From: Euglena gracilis | Taxonomy: Eukaryota | Assembly (NCBI GenBank): GCA_039621445.1 | Contig: CP154954.1 | Coordinates: 11,464,716-11,528,715, forward strand | Length of the DNA: 64,000 nucleotides | Direction of reading: 5' to 3' | Part shown: positions 13,534 to 42,600 of the stretch, one piece after another | Numbering within the stretch: the first letter of the stretch is position 1 | How the letters are laid out: each line of letters begins with the position of its first letter | The notes under the pieces: generated by a model | Database searches by the model: none | The model's input: only the letters and a program-made list of their open reading frames with translations | What the model was told of the DNA's origin: nothing | Made by a program: the position numbers and the translations under genes

Positions 13534-14398
13534 TTAACATCAGCCATTGGGATCCCCAAAGGGTTATTTAGGGGATTAACTCTTTCAAGGGAACACCCTA
13601 CAGATGGGGTCATAAAGACTCGTCCAGATCCTTGAAGGGTCTTTTAGGGTCTTTTCAAATGAAGTTGTGATTATGCACTTCAACGAATAAAATGTCTCGT
13701 GAAAATGGGTCCGAATTCCAACCTTTTGCGGATCATTGCAAAAAAAACCACTTCAAAAAGGAAAAAAAATATTTTCCCGACTTTTCCAACTGGCAAAATA
13801 AAAATATATATTTCATAAAAAATGAGGATATCTGTTTTTTCCTGGGAATCTTTTCTGGATTTTTTTTTTCAGCAATCCTACAAAAGTAGGACACAAAAGT
13901 GGGACAAAAGCAGGTTGAAATCTCTGGGTCGTTACACTTGGGAACCTCCCCCCCGGGGGTCCTACAAATGTACAGCTGCCATCATAACATATATAACAAA
14001 TGACCAGGGGTGGAAAATATATAGAGGAAATCATATATCCAGGAAAGAGGTGGCCAACTCACCATTCCATCTTTATGGAGGGGTGAGATAAGACAATTAG
14101 CACAATACTATGATTTTCAGGTCCTTCACCACCTGATAGCAACTGCGGACACAGAGATTTTTTGCACATTCTTAGCACATGTTGTTCCCATATTTCTCAA
14201 TCTAGTGGGGTTTGTGAGTGGACTGGAGGATTTACTGTAAAATTATATGCTTTTGCCCTGAATAGCATCCTTGGGAGGCTTTATGCTGGGGGGGGGGGGC
14301 TTTTCATTGGTCAAAATCAAACCCAGGGGGTTTATTTCTGGGGAGGATTTTTAAGGAGGCTTTGCACTTGGGGGGGGGCTTCATATTTGGGGGGTTTA

Positions 14399-14420
14399 TG
14401 TGTGTGTGTGCGTGCGTGTG

Positions 14421-14501
<81 letters not shown>
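14399..14501. repeat. (TG)n microsatellite
   Basis: Direct reading. Confidence 0.97.
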
Positions 14502-14504
<3 letters not shown>

Positions 14505-15329
14505 TGTCCCGGGTTGTTCCGGACAAGCACCTGAAGTCAAGCCAAAAAATTTTAGGCCATTTTAAGCCATTTTAGGCTAGTTCAAGACTTTTTTTCTTCG
14601 GGCAGGTGGGTTTCTGAAAATCATAATTTTGGATTGTTTTTGCCCAAACGCTTCAGTTACTAAAAATTGCACATCAAAAGAAGCATGAAAAGTTCATGAA
14701 CACTCATGGGAATCTGGACAAATCTTAATTCATACACACAGATGATTCAGTAATTAGAGTATTTGGGAATTTACTGGAACAAAACATTTTTGTCAGAAAA
14801 ACGGTGGACAAAATATTAAAAAGACGGGTGATGGATGCAAAACCCCTTTTCTGAGGAAATCCAATGGCATTGAAACATGGCGGAATTTGAAAGAATCTAT
14901 GTGTGACAGTTTCCCCAAATATGAAATCGAACGTGCTAAAATAGAGGTGAAAATATAGGGAAATTGCAATATTTTTTTTCAATTCAATTTTAATTAATTA
15001 CAATTCCAGTGGCTCAGTTTTAGGTTCTTATTGGAGAACTTTGCTGAAGCCAGAGCATGGGATCCCCACCAACCTTTCTATTTGTGATATTGCGTTATTC
15101 TACGTGGTTTGATGGTTTTTACGTGGGTTGCGAGTCTGACCAAATTTCTATACACCATTTTACATGACTGCATTTCAGAAACCATGATTTACGTGATTTT
15201 TTTTGACGATCCATGATTTTGCGAAAAACCAAGCGACAAAGCAGGAGACAACCCCGGGCAGGAATGCTGTACGTGGGGATGCGGCACTGTGCAGCCGCTC
15301 CACGTGGCAGTTGAGTGTCTCCAGCGGAT

Positions 15330-30276
<14,947 letters not shown>

Positions 30277-30373
30277 TGGGGCTGCGAGAGGAATGGCGGG
30301 GGAATGTTGGCGGGAATATATATGTATATAATACATATGCACATACATACTACATATATACACATACAAATAC

Positions 30374-30838
30374 GTATGTATGTATGTATGTATGTATGTA
30401 TGTATGTATGTATGTATGTATGTATGTAGGTAGGTAGGTAGGTAGGTAGGTAGGTAGGTAGGTATGTATGTATGTATGTATGTATGTATGTATGCATGTA
30501 TGTATGTAGGTATGTATGTATGTATGTATGTATGTATGTATGTATGTATGTATGTATGTATGTATGTATGTATGTATGTATGTATGTATGTATGTATGTA
30601 TGTATGTATGTATGTAGGTATGTATGTATGTATGTATGTATGTATGTATGTCTGTAGGTATGCATGTATGTATGTATGTATGTATGTATGTATGTATGTA
30701 TGTATGTATGTATGTATGTATGTATGTATGTATGTATGTATGTATGTATGTATGTATGTATGTATGTATGTATGTATGTATGTATGTATGTATGTATGTA
30801 GGTAGGTAGGTAGGTAGGTATGTATGTATGTATGTATG

Positions 30839-30872
<34 letters not shown>

Positions 30873-31123
30873 TGTATGTAGGTATGTATGTATGTATGTA
30901 TGTATGTATGTATGTATGTAGGTATGTATGTATGTATGTATGTATGTATGTACGTATGTATGTATGTGTGTATGTATGTATGCATGTATGTATGTATGTA
31001 TGTATGTATGTATGTATGTATGTATGTATGTATGTATGTATGTATGTATGTATGTATGTATGTATGTATGTATGTATGTATGTATGTATGTATGTATGTA
31101 TGTATGTATGTGTGTGTGTGTGT

Positions 31124-31211
<88 letters not shown>
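30374..31211. repeat. Compound (TATG/TAGG)n-(TG)n-(TCTG)n microsatellite, ~840 bp
   Basis: Direct reading. Confidence 0.98.
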
Positions 31212-31212
<1 letters not shown>

Positions 31213-31446
31213 ATGCACATGTATGTAGGTATGCCGGGTCACTACTGGGGTCGTTTTAGGATACAGAAATACCTTGATACTTCGTGCTGGGTGAACACCC
31301 CTTCCAGCAGACTGCACTCAACCTCAGCCAACACTCAAATGTCTGTGCAATCTGGCGATTAACCTGAATTTTGCGCACAACGTGAACCAAATAACTCCCC
31401 CCACATATAAAGCCGCCCCAGCTTTATATTTAGAAGGGATTGCAAG

Positions 31447-31880
31447 CAGGCATTTGCTTAAGGACCCCCGGGGGGGGGGGTACTGGCTAGCCAATCGGCT
31501 AGACACTGGAAAAAGTGGACTAGCTAGACCCCCCTCCCCCCCGGGGGGGGGTCCGGGGGTCCCCCGGACTGGGAAAAAAAATTTCCCCCCGGCGCTGTGC
31601 GCCGGAGGAAAAATGAGGTTTTTAACAGGTTTTTGGCTGATTTTGTTCCAAAAATTCCCAAAAATGGCCAAAAACGGGCATTTTGGGCCATTTTTGGGGG
31701 TCCCAAAAAAATTTTTCGGCGCTTCGCGCCAGTCACTGGAAAAATTTTTTCCACTAGCTAGCCCTGCTAGCAGACCCCCCCCGGGGGGGGTCTGCTAGAA
31801 AACCCACTAGCCAAATTTGGACTAGCTGCAGTCCAGCCCCCCCCCAGGGGGGGTACTGCAATCCCTAAAGCAAATGCCTG
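31447..31880. mobile_element. MITE, 434 bp, 8-bp TSD
   Basis: TIR CAGGCATTTGCTT / AAGCAAATGCCTG; perfect TSD ATTGCAAG; internal CTAGC repeats; nested in another inverted-repeat element (~31395-31925). Confidence 0.92.
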
Positions 31881-32139
31881 ATTGCAAGGCCCTCAGGTGG
31901 GGCTTTATATTTGGGGGGGGGAAATAAAACTTTTTTTGAACGGCCTCTATGACCTTCGACGGCCTTCAATTGTGGCCAAATGCCAATTTTTTTTAAACCG
32001 AATTTTCGTTGTGCGCCTCCTATTTTTTCGCAGAAATGTGCAGTTCTTATCCAAAGTTGAGCATCTCTGGTTAAAAAAGGTTGTATCCACCCAAAAATTT
32101 TCAACTTTTTTTCCTGAATGACACCAGCGTCTAGACACA

Positions 32140-32406
32140 CAGGGTTTTTTTAAGACCTGGGGGGGGTCCCCCCCACCCACCCCCCTGGGATCCCCCCGGG
32201 GGGGCCCACTCAATTTCCCCCGAAAAGGCCAAAAAATCGCAAAATGCTAAAAATAGCACCCTGTTCAAAAATTTTCGGTGCCTTTGGCGCCGAAAAATAT
32301 ATCCCGCCCCTCTGGGGGGGACCCCCCCCCCCCTGGTGGTGGCTCGGCCAGACCCACCCACCCTAACCCCCCCCTCCCCCCGGGGCCCAAAACCAAAAAA
32401 CCCCTG
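32140..32406. mobile_element. MITE of the 39208 family
   Basis: CAGGGTTTTTTT ... AAAAAACCCCTG ends; internal sequence similar to 39208-39468 and 34905-35400; TSD not preserved. Confidence 0.75.
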
Positions 32407-35025
32407 CCTCCACGTCAGGGGGGGGCTTCATGGTGACGCTGACTGCTAAACGTGAAACAGTGCACAACCCAAAATAACAAAGAAGAAGCGCCGCCTCAGT
32501 CAAGGTCAAATGTAATTCGGGGGGGGGGGGAGGGGCGGAGAGACGTGTCAAATTTCTTTAATGCTGCAAAATTCCAGCCAAAGCAAAATTGGTAACAAAC
32601 TCAAACGGGAGTGGGGCAGGAGGATAACATTAGGAGCAGGGGAAGGGACATGTCAGGAAGAGAACTGCCTGAAAATGCCAAGGGATAATCCCATCATCGG
32701 AAACGATGTGTGTGTCAAAGGGGGGGAATTTGGGTATAAAATGATTCAGCACGTCACTCCTAAAACAGGGGGGAACTGCAGCATGGGGATTTCTCTAAAA
32801 AAAATAGTTTGGGGAGGGGTAATATCTCAAAGACCACTTTGCGAATTCCATTGCCAGGCAAACATTTGCTGCAAATATGGCTGAAGAAACACGTCTAAAT
32901 CTGGTAAAAGTCTTGTTTTTGCACACTGCCATACATGTCATTGCTGACGGAGACATGCATTTTTTTCAAAACCACAACGAACTTCTTCCACGTAAATGTG
33001 AAAGAAAAAAGGAATTCAAATGCCTTTGATTTCCTTCCTTGTGTGGATGTAGACTGTCTTTTGGTAGGGCGGGAATTTGTCAAATATCTCTCTGTCAGAA
33101 CGTGCACCAACTGAATGACAAAAAATAATGGAAAAATGAAGCAATAAATACCTGGAAAAATGGACATTTGCTTTGGTACAAACACACAGATCTCAAAAAA
33201 ATAGAGGTTTCATTTTCAACGTCTGCAGCGCTCCTTCGCTTCCCACTGCATTTTCCCACTACAGGGGGGATTGATCGGAGGCCTTCAGAAAATTGTGGAA
33301 AATTGCAGATATCAATTTCTCCCCATTGCACGTTCCACCATGGCACGCGCCTGATCATTTTGCTTGCATTGGGTTCACTTCTGGCATGTTCCTGTTGCAA
33401 ATCAAACATGCATATACTCTAAAATTGCAAACGGAATCACTTTCCGCAACAGGACAGGTTGGGGGAGTCAACAGGGGCCATGACTCGGGGAATACTACAA
33501 GGATGGGGAGGAATGGGCAGAGTCAGTGAAGGGGAGACTGCGGTGAAGGCTGGGAGGGATGTGCTGTGGCAAGGCACACAACCACACAGGAGGGATCACG
33601 GGGGCGGATGGCTGGGCTGGGCCCCAAATGGAAAAAAAACGCAACAAAAGATCACACCAAAACATGCAGATCCTCTCATGCATGCATCATGGGAGACGTA
33701 ATGGCAGACAGACAGGTGAAAGATTAGGTGCATGCTTTCCCAGAGAGTTTGGACTGCAGGAGTTTGAAACACTGGAGACAGAATAATAATAACATTTAAT
33801 AATTTTAATACAGTTTAAATACAATAACATAATAATATAATCTTATTTATATTATCACATACAATGTATTTAATAACATACAATATTTTTGTAGATTCTG
33901 GTCGGAAATGCCAAGCGTTTTCCTGTGACCAGAGCTTCGGTTGGGGACCCCCTTGGCAGCTCAAAAGCAGGAAATTTTGGGCTGGCTGGAAAAACGCGTC
34001 GTGTTGACCCCCTACCCGGGGTCCTCTGGCTGGAACTGGGTCGGATCACAGGTTGCACCGGGAAATCAAAGCGGCCGACAAAGCTCAAAATCAGCAACTT
34101 TTGCAAGAAATGGACTCGGACCGACAATGTCTTTCCGGACCCATTTCCCATAGCGGAGAGGTCCATTGTCGCCCAGCAGCGTGAAAGGTTGTGGTTCGTG
34201 GATAAGAGGGCGGGGGGGGGTCCAGGGCAGGACCAAGGCTGCTGGGCGGGAACAGGCTGCAGGCTGGATGGACCCCCACCTCCGGGGTTAGAGTCCCCTC
34301 TGGCGTCAGCGACGCCCGACCTGCGACCAAAACCTTTGCGAATTCTTTCGTAAAACTTTTTATCGGCCAACGAAAAAAAAAATGTCTTTGCATTAGGTCT
34401 CAAAAAATAAAACACAACAACAAAATATTCAACAAAAAACATTCACAAAAATCAGAAAAAACTCCAAACCCCCCAAAAGAACAAAAAAAAACGACAACAA
34501 AAATCAACAAAATATAGCAATTCCACGCAAAATGTGCACTTTTTGTGTGGGCCCATGATCTGTTAACCTTTCATTGACCCCTTTCATTGACGCCTCCATT
34601 CCCCAGCATCCCGAATCAGCTGTGGAATTCAGAAAGATGCCGGCTCATCTAAATAAGGAAAAAGTCCCCTGCCGGTGGGTTTTCTAGGAGGGGGAAAACA
34701 TACGACGTAAATTAAATTTGCTTCAATAAAAAATAAAAAACGTGTTTGCCTCCTCCCCTGTTCGCCCACTTGAAGCAAAGATATAACTTATGAAAAATAT
34801 GGCTCAAAATTATTGTGTAATGGGGAGCATGTGGAGGGACAAAAAAAACTGAAAATATCGGCAAATCTGAAAAAAATTGCCGAATCCAATCTCCCCTAAA
34901 AGCAAAAAGGCCAAAAAATCGCGAAAAATGCTAAAAATAGCACCTTTTCAAAAATTTTGGCGCCTTCGGCGCCGAAAAGTATAATCCACTCCCCTTTCGG
35001 GGGGACCCCCCTACCCGGGGGGGGG

Positions 35026-35338
35026 CATGCTTGTGCTTACCAACCGGGGGGGGGGAGGGGGGGGTGCTATAGGGTGCCTGCCCCGAGCAGGCACACCCTC
35101 CCCCCCCCTGGGGGATAGGGGTCCGGGCCGGACCCAGAAAATTTTCATTGAAAATGGCCGTTTCCGGGCCCCCGGCGCCGAAGGCACCGGGGTCGGAAGG
35201 GGGGTGCCTGCTAGGGGCAGGCACCCCCCAAAACCCTACCCCCCCCCCGGGGGGGTCGGATCGGGTGCTATGGGGTGCCTGCCTAGCACCCCCCCTCCCC
35301 CCGTTGGTGGGGTAGGCACCCGACTAAGCACAAGCCTG
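35026..35338. mobile_element. MITE nested in the G-run of another MITE
   Basis: CATGCTTGTGCTTA ... TAAGCACAAGCCTG; G8 on both flanks; same family as 42006-42252. Confidence 0.8.
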
Positions 35339-35704
35339 GGGGGGGGCTCAGCCAGACCCACCCCCATCCCCCCCCTCCCCCCCGGGGGTCCACGACTACC
35401 CCCCCCCCCCCGAAAGGAACACCTCGTTCTTGCTGAAATTTCTGAAGTTCTCTTATTTCGGTAACGAAACAGCAAAAAAAAAGAATAAACATCCATAAAA
35501 TTCTGAAACATGGAAAGATTAATCCCCCCCTGTTTTTCAGAATAAATTTGGAATTTTGCAGAAAAAAATCTAAAAAGCAGCATGCACACGAATGGAGACC
35601 AGCCCAGAAAGGGACGGAACAATTGGAGTCAGTGTGAGTGTGAGCTTGCAGATGCAAACACCAAGATAAAAATGAGCGCGCACACATACTTGCACACAAG
35701 ACGA

Positions 35705-35802
35705 CACACCACACCACACCACACCACACCACACCACACCACACCAGACCAGACCAGACCACACCACACCGCACCACACCACACCACACCACAACACAGC
35801 AC

Positions 35803-35852
<50 letters not shown>
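35705..35852. repeat. (CACAC/CAGAC)n-(CA)n microsatellite
   Basis: Direct reading. Confidence 0.93.
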
Positions 35853-35854
<2 letters not shown>

Positions 35855-36113
35855 TAGCACTCACATGGTAACGCATGGGCATGCGCAAATGCACACACAT
35901 GATGACACATTCCGAACATCGAACCCCCCCAGGGTCCTTGATTTGGCTACCGATTGTGGAAACTACATTTTTTGAGTTGGCGTATTAATACATGCCAAAA
36001 AAACAATGGGGTTGACGGGCTTTTGACCACTGTTTCCCATTGTTTCGAAATTCGAGCAGAAAACACGTTTAAAAGTGGTGTTAGGAAAAATGGTGGCTGT
36101 TTGGACGAATAAA

Positions 36114-36347
36114 CAAGCTTCTTTTTACCAACCTTTGGGGGAAGGGGGTGCCTGCCCATAGTAGGCACCTCCTCTTAGGGGGGGGGTCGGTTTTGGATCC
36201 TGTTGCCTGCCAACCAAGCGCCAGGTGGAGTGTTCACGCACTACCCACCCCAACACCCCACCCCCCGGGGGTCACCCCCCCCCCCGTGTTTCCTCATAGC
36301 ACCCACCCCTCTGGGGGTGCGCACTTTTTTTTTTGAAAAGAAGCCTG
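36114..36347. mobile_element. MITE with degenerate 8-bp TSD
   Basis: CAAGCTTCTTTT ... AAAAGAAGCCTG; flanks CGAATAAA / CCAATGAA (6/8). Confidence 0.65.
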
Positions 36348-36526
36348 CCAATGAATTTTCTGACCTTAAAACTCTGACCAAAAAAACCTCTTTGGGAGCC
36401 CGAGATATCTACCAGAATCTACACAACTGTAAGACCAACTTGTGGACTCTTAGTTTGGGGGGCATGCATAAACAATTGCACACACGCACACACGCTCAAA
36501 CACATGCACACGCCCACACCCGCCCA

Positions 36527-36560
<34 letters not shown>

Positions 36561-36699
36561 AGATGCTTAGATACTTGACGCACAATGGGCATCTAAAAAG
36601 CTGATTAGGCGCAGCTGTAGTGTCGGCCACACATGCAAAATGCGGCGGACCAGACATGACGGTGAAAAAAAACACAGAGAGAGAAGGAGCTCCACAGAC

Positions 36700-39600
36700 A
36701 TGCGATGCGATGCTGCCCATGCGGAAGGTCTGGGAGGGGGGGACTGGGCGGAGGCTGTCCGAGAGGCCCTTCGCCGCGGGGGTTAGATTTGAAGCGGGTT
36801 TGGCTCCGAGTCCTGCAGAGGCAGTGGGGAGCACAGACAGGGTGGGAAAAAGGCACAGGCCGGATGAGAGGGCTTTTTTTTGGGACCCGGTGGCGGCCTG
36901 GACACCCACCCCCTGGCACGAGGCGGGGGGAAACACAACACCAGATCCTCAAAAAAAGCGACGCAAAAAAAACACGCAAAATGTTAAAAAAAAACACGCA
37001 AAACGCAAAAAAAAAACGCAAAAAAATGCATTTGCATTTCCTCCCTGTACCCACCCACCCCTGGTTCCCCAGGGGGGGTTTGGAGGGACTCACTTTTGGG
37101 GGGGGGGTCAATTTTGGCCCAAAATGGCTTCGCGCCGAAAATGTAGCAAACCCCTCGGGGGGGTTCCCATTCAGCCTGACCTCCCCCTCCCCCCATCCGG
37201 GTCGACCCCTAACGCTGGATTGCCATTTGGCACCCCCCCCCCCCCCCCGGCACAGGGCTGTACGGGGGAATCCCCGGAACCCGATGGGTGGTGGGTTGGG
37301 GGTCGGTCCGACTCCCCCTCTATTAGGCCTTCCCGTGCAGCCCTATCTGACAGCACCGGGCAAGTGAGAATGCCTTCAGTACCGGTCCCCAAGGAACCCA
37401 AGGGCAGAAACATTTGCCGGTGTAAAGAATTTCGGCCAGGTTGTTGCTGCTTTCTCCTGAAAAAATAGGGCTGGTGATTTGGGGAACCCCGCATCGAAAG
37501 TCGCACACCAGCGCTCATAATAATAATTAACAAGTTCAATAATAATTTAATGATTAATGATGAATTTAAGAATATTATAACTTACACACGCAGCCTCCTC
37601 ATCACCTTTGACACCTTTCCCAATGGCTGGGGAGGTTTTAACCAAGGTGCACAAATGCTTGATCTTTTGGATTTGGCTTCGTAACCTCGAACACTGACCA
37701 ACAATGACCCCCAAGTGACCTTGGGGGGGGCTGGGCAATTTTGGGTGTTTTTTTTTCTTCATCGGTTGACATTCCCATTTTATCCGCTTTCATTATTGGG
37801 GGTGGGGTCAACCACCCCCCTCCCCGGAGGCCATGGATGTGTGGGAAGCCCTTCAGCTTTGAGGTAGGCGATAGGGCGGGGTCCTCACCACCCCCCCTCC
37901 TGGGGGGTAAAGTGGTCGAGGTCCGGACCCCTCCCGCCACTTATGGGGCGGGCGATCCCCCCTTCTCCCGCATCGTGTTTCCCCTCCCGGGTTTTCCTTT
38001 CGTTAACGACACAGGTTTCGGGAGAGATTTACCATCGACTTGCATTGTGCAACACAATTCATCAAAAAACCCCCCCACTGGCTGCAACAAATGCTTGATC
38101 TTTTGGATTTGGCTTCGTAACCTCGAACACTGACCAACAATGACCCCCAAGTGACCTTGGGGGGGGCTGGGCAATTTTGGGTGTTTTTTTTTCTTCATCG
38201 GTTGACATTCCCATTTTATCCGCTTTCATTATTGGGGGTGGGGTCAACCACCCCCCTCCCCGGAGGCCATGGATGTGTGGGAAGCCCTTCAGCTTTGAGG
38301 TAGGCGATAGGGCGGGGTCCTCACCACCCCCCCTCCTGGGGGGTAAAGTGGTCGAGGTCCGGACCCCTCCCGCCACTTATGGGGCGGGCGATCCCCCCTT
38401 CTCCCGCATCGTGTTTCCCCTCCCGGTTTTCCTTTCAGTTAACGACACAGGTTTCGGGAGGGGTTTACCATCGACTTGCACTGTGCAACACAATTATCAC
38501 AAAAACCCACTTGCTGGGTCCGATTCAGACATTCATTTGGAGTGGCTCAAAACAACTGCAAAGCATGGAAAGTTGTTTGGGGTCCACAGGTGTACCACAC
38601 AGCAACACAGGGGCACTGACAACACGCCGCCTTGGACAACAATAAACGCCTGGCCCGATTCTGGCACGATCGCGCACCTTTTTGTTCCCGGACGTGCTGC
38701 GCCGGACGGAGTCGAACCAGTTGGAGAGGAACAGTGTGGTAATCGCTCCGACGAAGCTGGCAATGGCCAGGGCGAACATCCCCAGCACCATCTGGAACAA
38801 AGCGGACCAAAATGCCCACAACCGCACAATTAGACCATTTCGGAGGTAACAATTACAACAATTCTTTCTCTCGAAATACGCAAAATTCGGGAAAAAAGCG
38901 GCGTGGCTGGTTGGTGAAGCGTGAATCTTTGAAATAAAAATACTTTTGAAGTAAAAAATGTAAATAAAACAAATCTGAAATGCCCATGAGCATTCCAAAA
39001 GACAGCCAGGGAGAAGATGCCGCTACATGAGAATTTGTGAATACTGTGTTCTGGGGGCAAAGCTGGCACAAATAACACATGTTAAAGAATCGTTGTCTGT
39101 GGGCTGACATTGGCGGTTGGCCAGCCAGGCTGGACCACGGGCACCCCACACGGACCTAACTGGCATTTGTGCATCTTGACAATTGTCACTGATTCGCGCA
39201 TTGGGAACAGGGCTTTTTTAAAGCGGGGGAGGGGGGTCCCCCCCACCCACCCACCCCCTGTGGGGGCCCCCCAGGGGGGGGAGGTCCCGGAGGACCCACA
39301 AAACATGGCCGAAAAATCGCGAAAAGTGCTAAAAAAGTACCTTTTCAATTTTTTTTGGCGCCTTTGGCGTCTAAAAATATATCCCGCCCCCTCTGGGGGC
39401 ACCCCCCCCCCCAGGGGGAGCTCGGCTGGACCCCCCCCCCGGGGTCCACGACTAAATAAAAACCCCTGATTGGGAACCAGTCATCCGTTGAAAATCACTG
39501 ATATGCAGAGAACTCATTGTCAAGAGGTTCGGTTCCCGCCGAGATCACGGTTTGGATTTCTGCAATGTGTTCACCGTTAACCCACCGAGTGAATTATCGA

Positions 39601-42600
39601 TGCGAACGTTCACCCGAAATGAGTCGATGAAGTGGTTGGGCCAGACGGTGCTGGCAGCCCCCTCTCCCCCAGGGCGTCGCTTAACGACCCCCCGGGGGTC
39701 CAAGCCATAAGAAAAATGTTGGCTGGGTGGCACCCCCCATGGGGGGTCCCAGAGCTGCTGACAGTGGTGGGGTGCAAGGGGGTCCTCCATGGGGGGGTCC
39801 CAGGGGTGATACAGTGTGCTCCGGCAATCCATCAGCACCACACAATCGTTGACTGGTCTCCGGGGGGTGGTTGGGGGTCACTTCCACTCTTCCAACAGCC
39901 AAATCAGTCACTTTGCAAAAACCAGTCAGCCCCACCCCCCGGTCGGCCAGTGACCAAATTGGAGGATCGAAAAACCCCAAAGGCAGGATCGGAGGTGCGG
40001 GGAGGAGGGGGTGCACAGACACTCCGACAAACCTCCTCCGCGTATCTCCGGACTTCGACGCACTGGACGGCGTACTGGACGAGGAGGGCCTGAACAGCGG
40101 CAACCAAACGAACCCCCCCGGGCGGTGGCCCAGGCTCCTTTTTAACTCGGAAGACCCCCTGGGGGGTGTGGATGTGTCCGGGGGTGGGGTGGGCATGGTT
40201 CCTGAGTAAAGCACCGAAACCCATACCATATTTTTTTTAAAGCCCATACATGCACACCGCATTTTTTCTAAACCCATACAAAAACCAAATATATGTACAT
40301 ATATATACCAAATATATGTACATATGCATACCATACACACACACACACACACATTTTTTTTATTATAGGAAATGCATGACATGCCTGGTTTTGGGGGTGT
40401 CCTCCGCCAGGCTGGGTGGGTGGGGGGACTGGGGGGGGACCACCCCCAGGGGGGCAAACTTAAAAAGAAGGCTGACCTTGCCCCAGGCTTGTATGGGAAA
40501 TCTTGGAGGGGTGCTCCCCTTCCAAAACTAGGGGGGGGGGGTGGGGGACACCTCTCCTCCCACCAGTTTTCGGTCGCCGAAACTTCTCGCCGTTCAGTGT
40601 AAAATTTCATATTGAGCCCCAAGAGGGTCCTAAAATACACACCTGGCGCGAAAAGCGCCGGAATATTGTTTTTGCCCCCCGCAGAGGAGGAGGGGGTGAC
40701 CCCTTCCGAGACCAGGGAAGGATGTGGGGGGGTGACGCCCCCCCCACCACCTACCTCATGTCTGCGGAGCTTCCCATACAACCCTGCCTTGCCCTGCTCT
40801 CGGAAAAAACGTCCGATAACGGTTTCTCTGTAAAATTGAAATTGGAACCCTCAAGAACCGCCGGGAGGTCCGGCCAGCTGGCCCTGGGGAGGTCGGGAGG
40901 TGGCAGTGCTGGACAACGTTGGTGGCCACTGGAGCCGCCCCCCCCCAGGGGTTTTCTTAAAGACCCCCCCGGGGGGTCCAGCCTCCGGCTGGCAAAAAGG
41001 CTGCTGGCTGGAAATGAGCTGCTGGCTGGACCCCCCCCCTGTGTGCACTGTGGCTGTTTTTTGGTGCCTTTTATCCCTTCTTCTGGCCTGGCGCTGTTGT
41101 TCGCCTCTGGCTCATTTTGTCTGTGTACGTGGAGGTGGCTGGACCCCCCCCCGGGGGATGGGATGCCCTCCGGCTTAAGAAAACCCCTGCCCCCCCCCCC
41201 CCAGCAGTTGCACCCGAAGCCACGTGGGGCCATCCCCCAGCGTGGAAAGAGAGTCTGCGGGAATGAATTTGGGTCAGGCCCAACCCAATTGTGTTAAACC
41301 GAAACCGTCTGAAGCAGCGAAAGAGCTGCTTTCGCGCTGATGTCGTTTCTCAGTGATCGAAGGTTGGTAATCTTACCGGCTTGCCAGAAAGGAAGGTTTA
41401 TGGCTGTCTGGGAAGGCCTGGTGGGGGGGTTAGGTCGATGCTCAGTGCGTACATGAAAAAATCTATGAATGTTCCGTGTTTGACACAAGGGGAGATATGC
41501 CGAAATAATTTGGATCAATAAAGTTTTTTTTTGTCGCCAACTGGTTCCGTACAAGGAGCACGTCTGTTCCTCATTCCCCTCCCGTTCGAAATTGCTTAAC
41601 TCAGGGGGGGAACACAATGAAACCGAGAGCATCATGACATAGATTTGAAAGTTACATATTACTTTTTTTTTTTTAAACTGGTGCACTTTCACACAATTTT
41701 AAAAGTCTTTTGTGGGTTTCGTTCGATTTGGTGTTCGTTTCTTGATATCGGTACTTCCAATTGCTCCATCAACTTCAATTTTTTTTTAAAAAAAAGCAGA
41801 TAGAAAATCATTTCAAAAAATCGATGTCGGAGAAAAACCGACGCACTTCACGAAGGGGCCTGTACGTGTCTTTTGAGCAGGAGGCACCGAGCAAACCTCC
41901 TTTGCGTATTGGCAGGTCACCATGGGCTGGATCACCGTGGTTTGGCTCTGATTGAGAATCGCCCCGAGCTGTGAACAGAAATGGCAGCGTTGATCGGCTT
42001 GGGACCACGCTTGTGCTTACCGACCGGGGGGGGGGGGAGGGGGGTGGGTGGGTGCCATAGGGTGCCTGCTAGGGCCAAAAAAATTTCATTGAAAATGGCC
42101 ATTTCAGGGCCCCCGGTGCCTTCGGCGCCGGGGTCGGAAGGGGGGTGCCTGCTATGGGCAGGCACCCCCAAAGCCCCACCCCCCCGGGGAGGTTGGATAT
42201 GGGGTGCCAACCCCCCCCCCATGGGGTTGGCACCCGACTAAGCACAAACCTGCCTGGGACCCCGCACACTCGCACAGCGAGGGTGGGGGAACGTCGCCAG
42301 CGGTGTATGGAAAGAAAACACTCGGTTACAGGATGCCAGCCGCCCACCCCCTCGGATGGCGTCGCACACAAAGATGGGGAAACGAAGCTACACCGCTCCT
42401 GTAGGACCGCTGACCCCTCATGCGTATCAATCCACGGGGACAAGCCCAAGAAAACCCACAAATACAAAATTCCGCTCCAGTTGACGTTTGGGATTGGTTG
42501 GGATTGGTGGATTTCAAGATAGGATTTTACGCAGTTCGAAGAAGATGTGGCGAAAAATGTTTGGCCCAGCAGTGCCTGTGACTTGTGTTGGGATCGCATT

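Noticed and set aside
32560-33420. Possible transposase remnants (also 22760-23170, 42480-42800, 52100-52530)
   Set aside because: No DDE, hAT dimerisation, THAP or RT motif recognisable by eye; a profile search would be needed.
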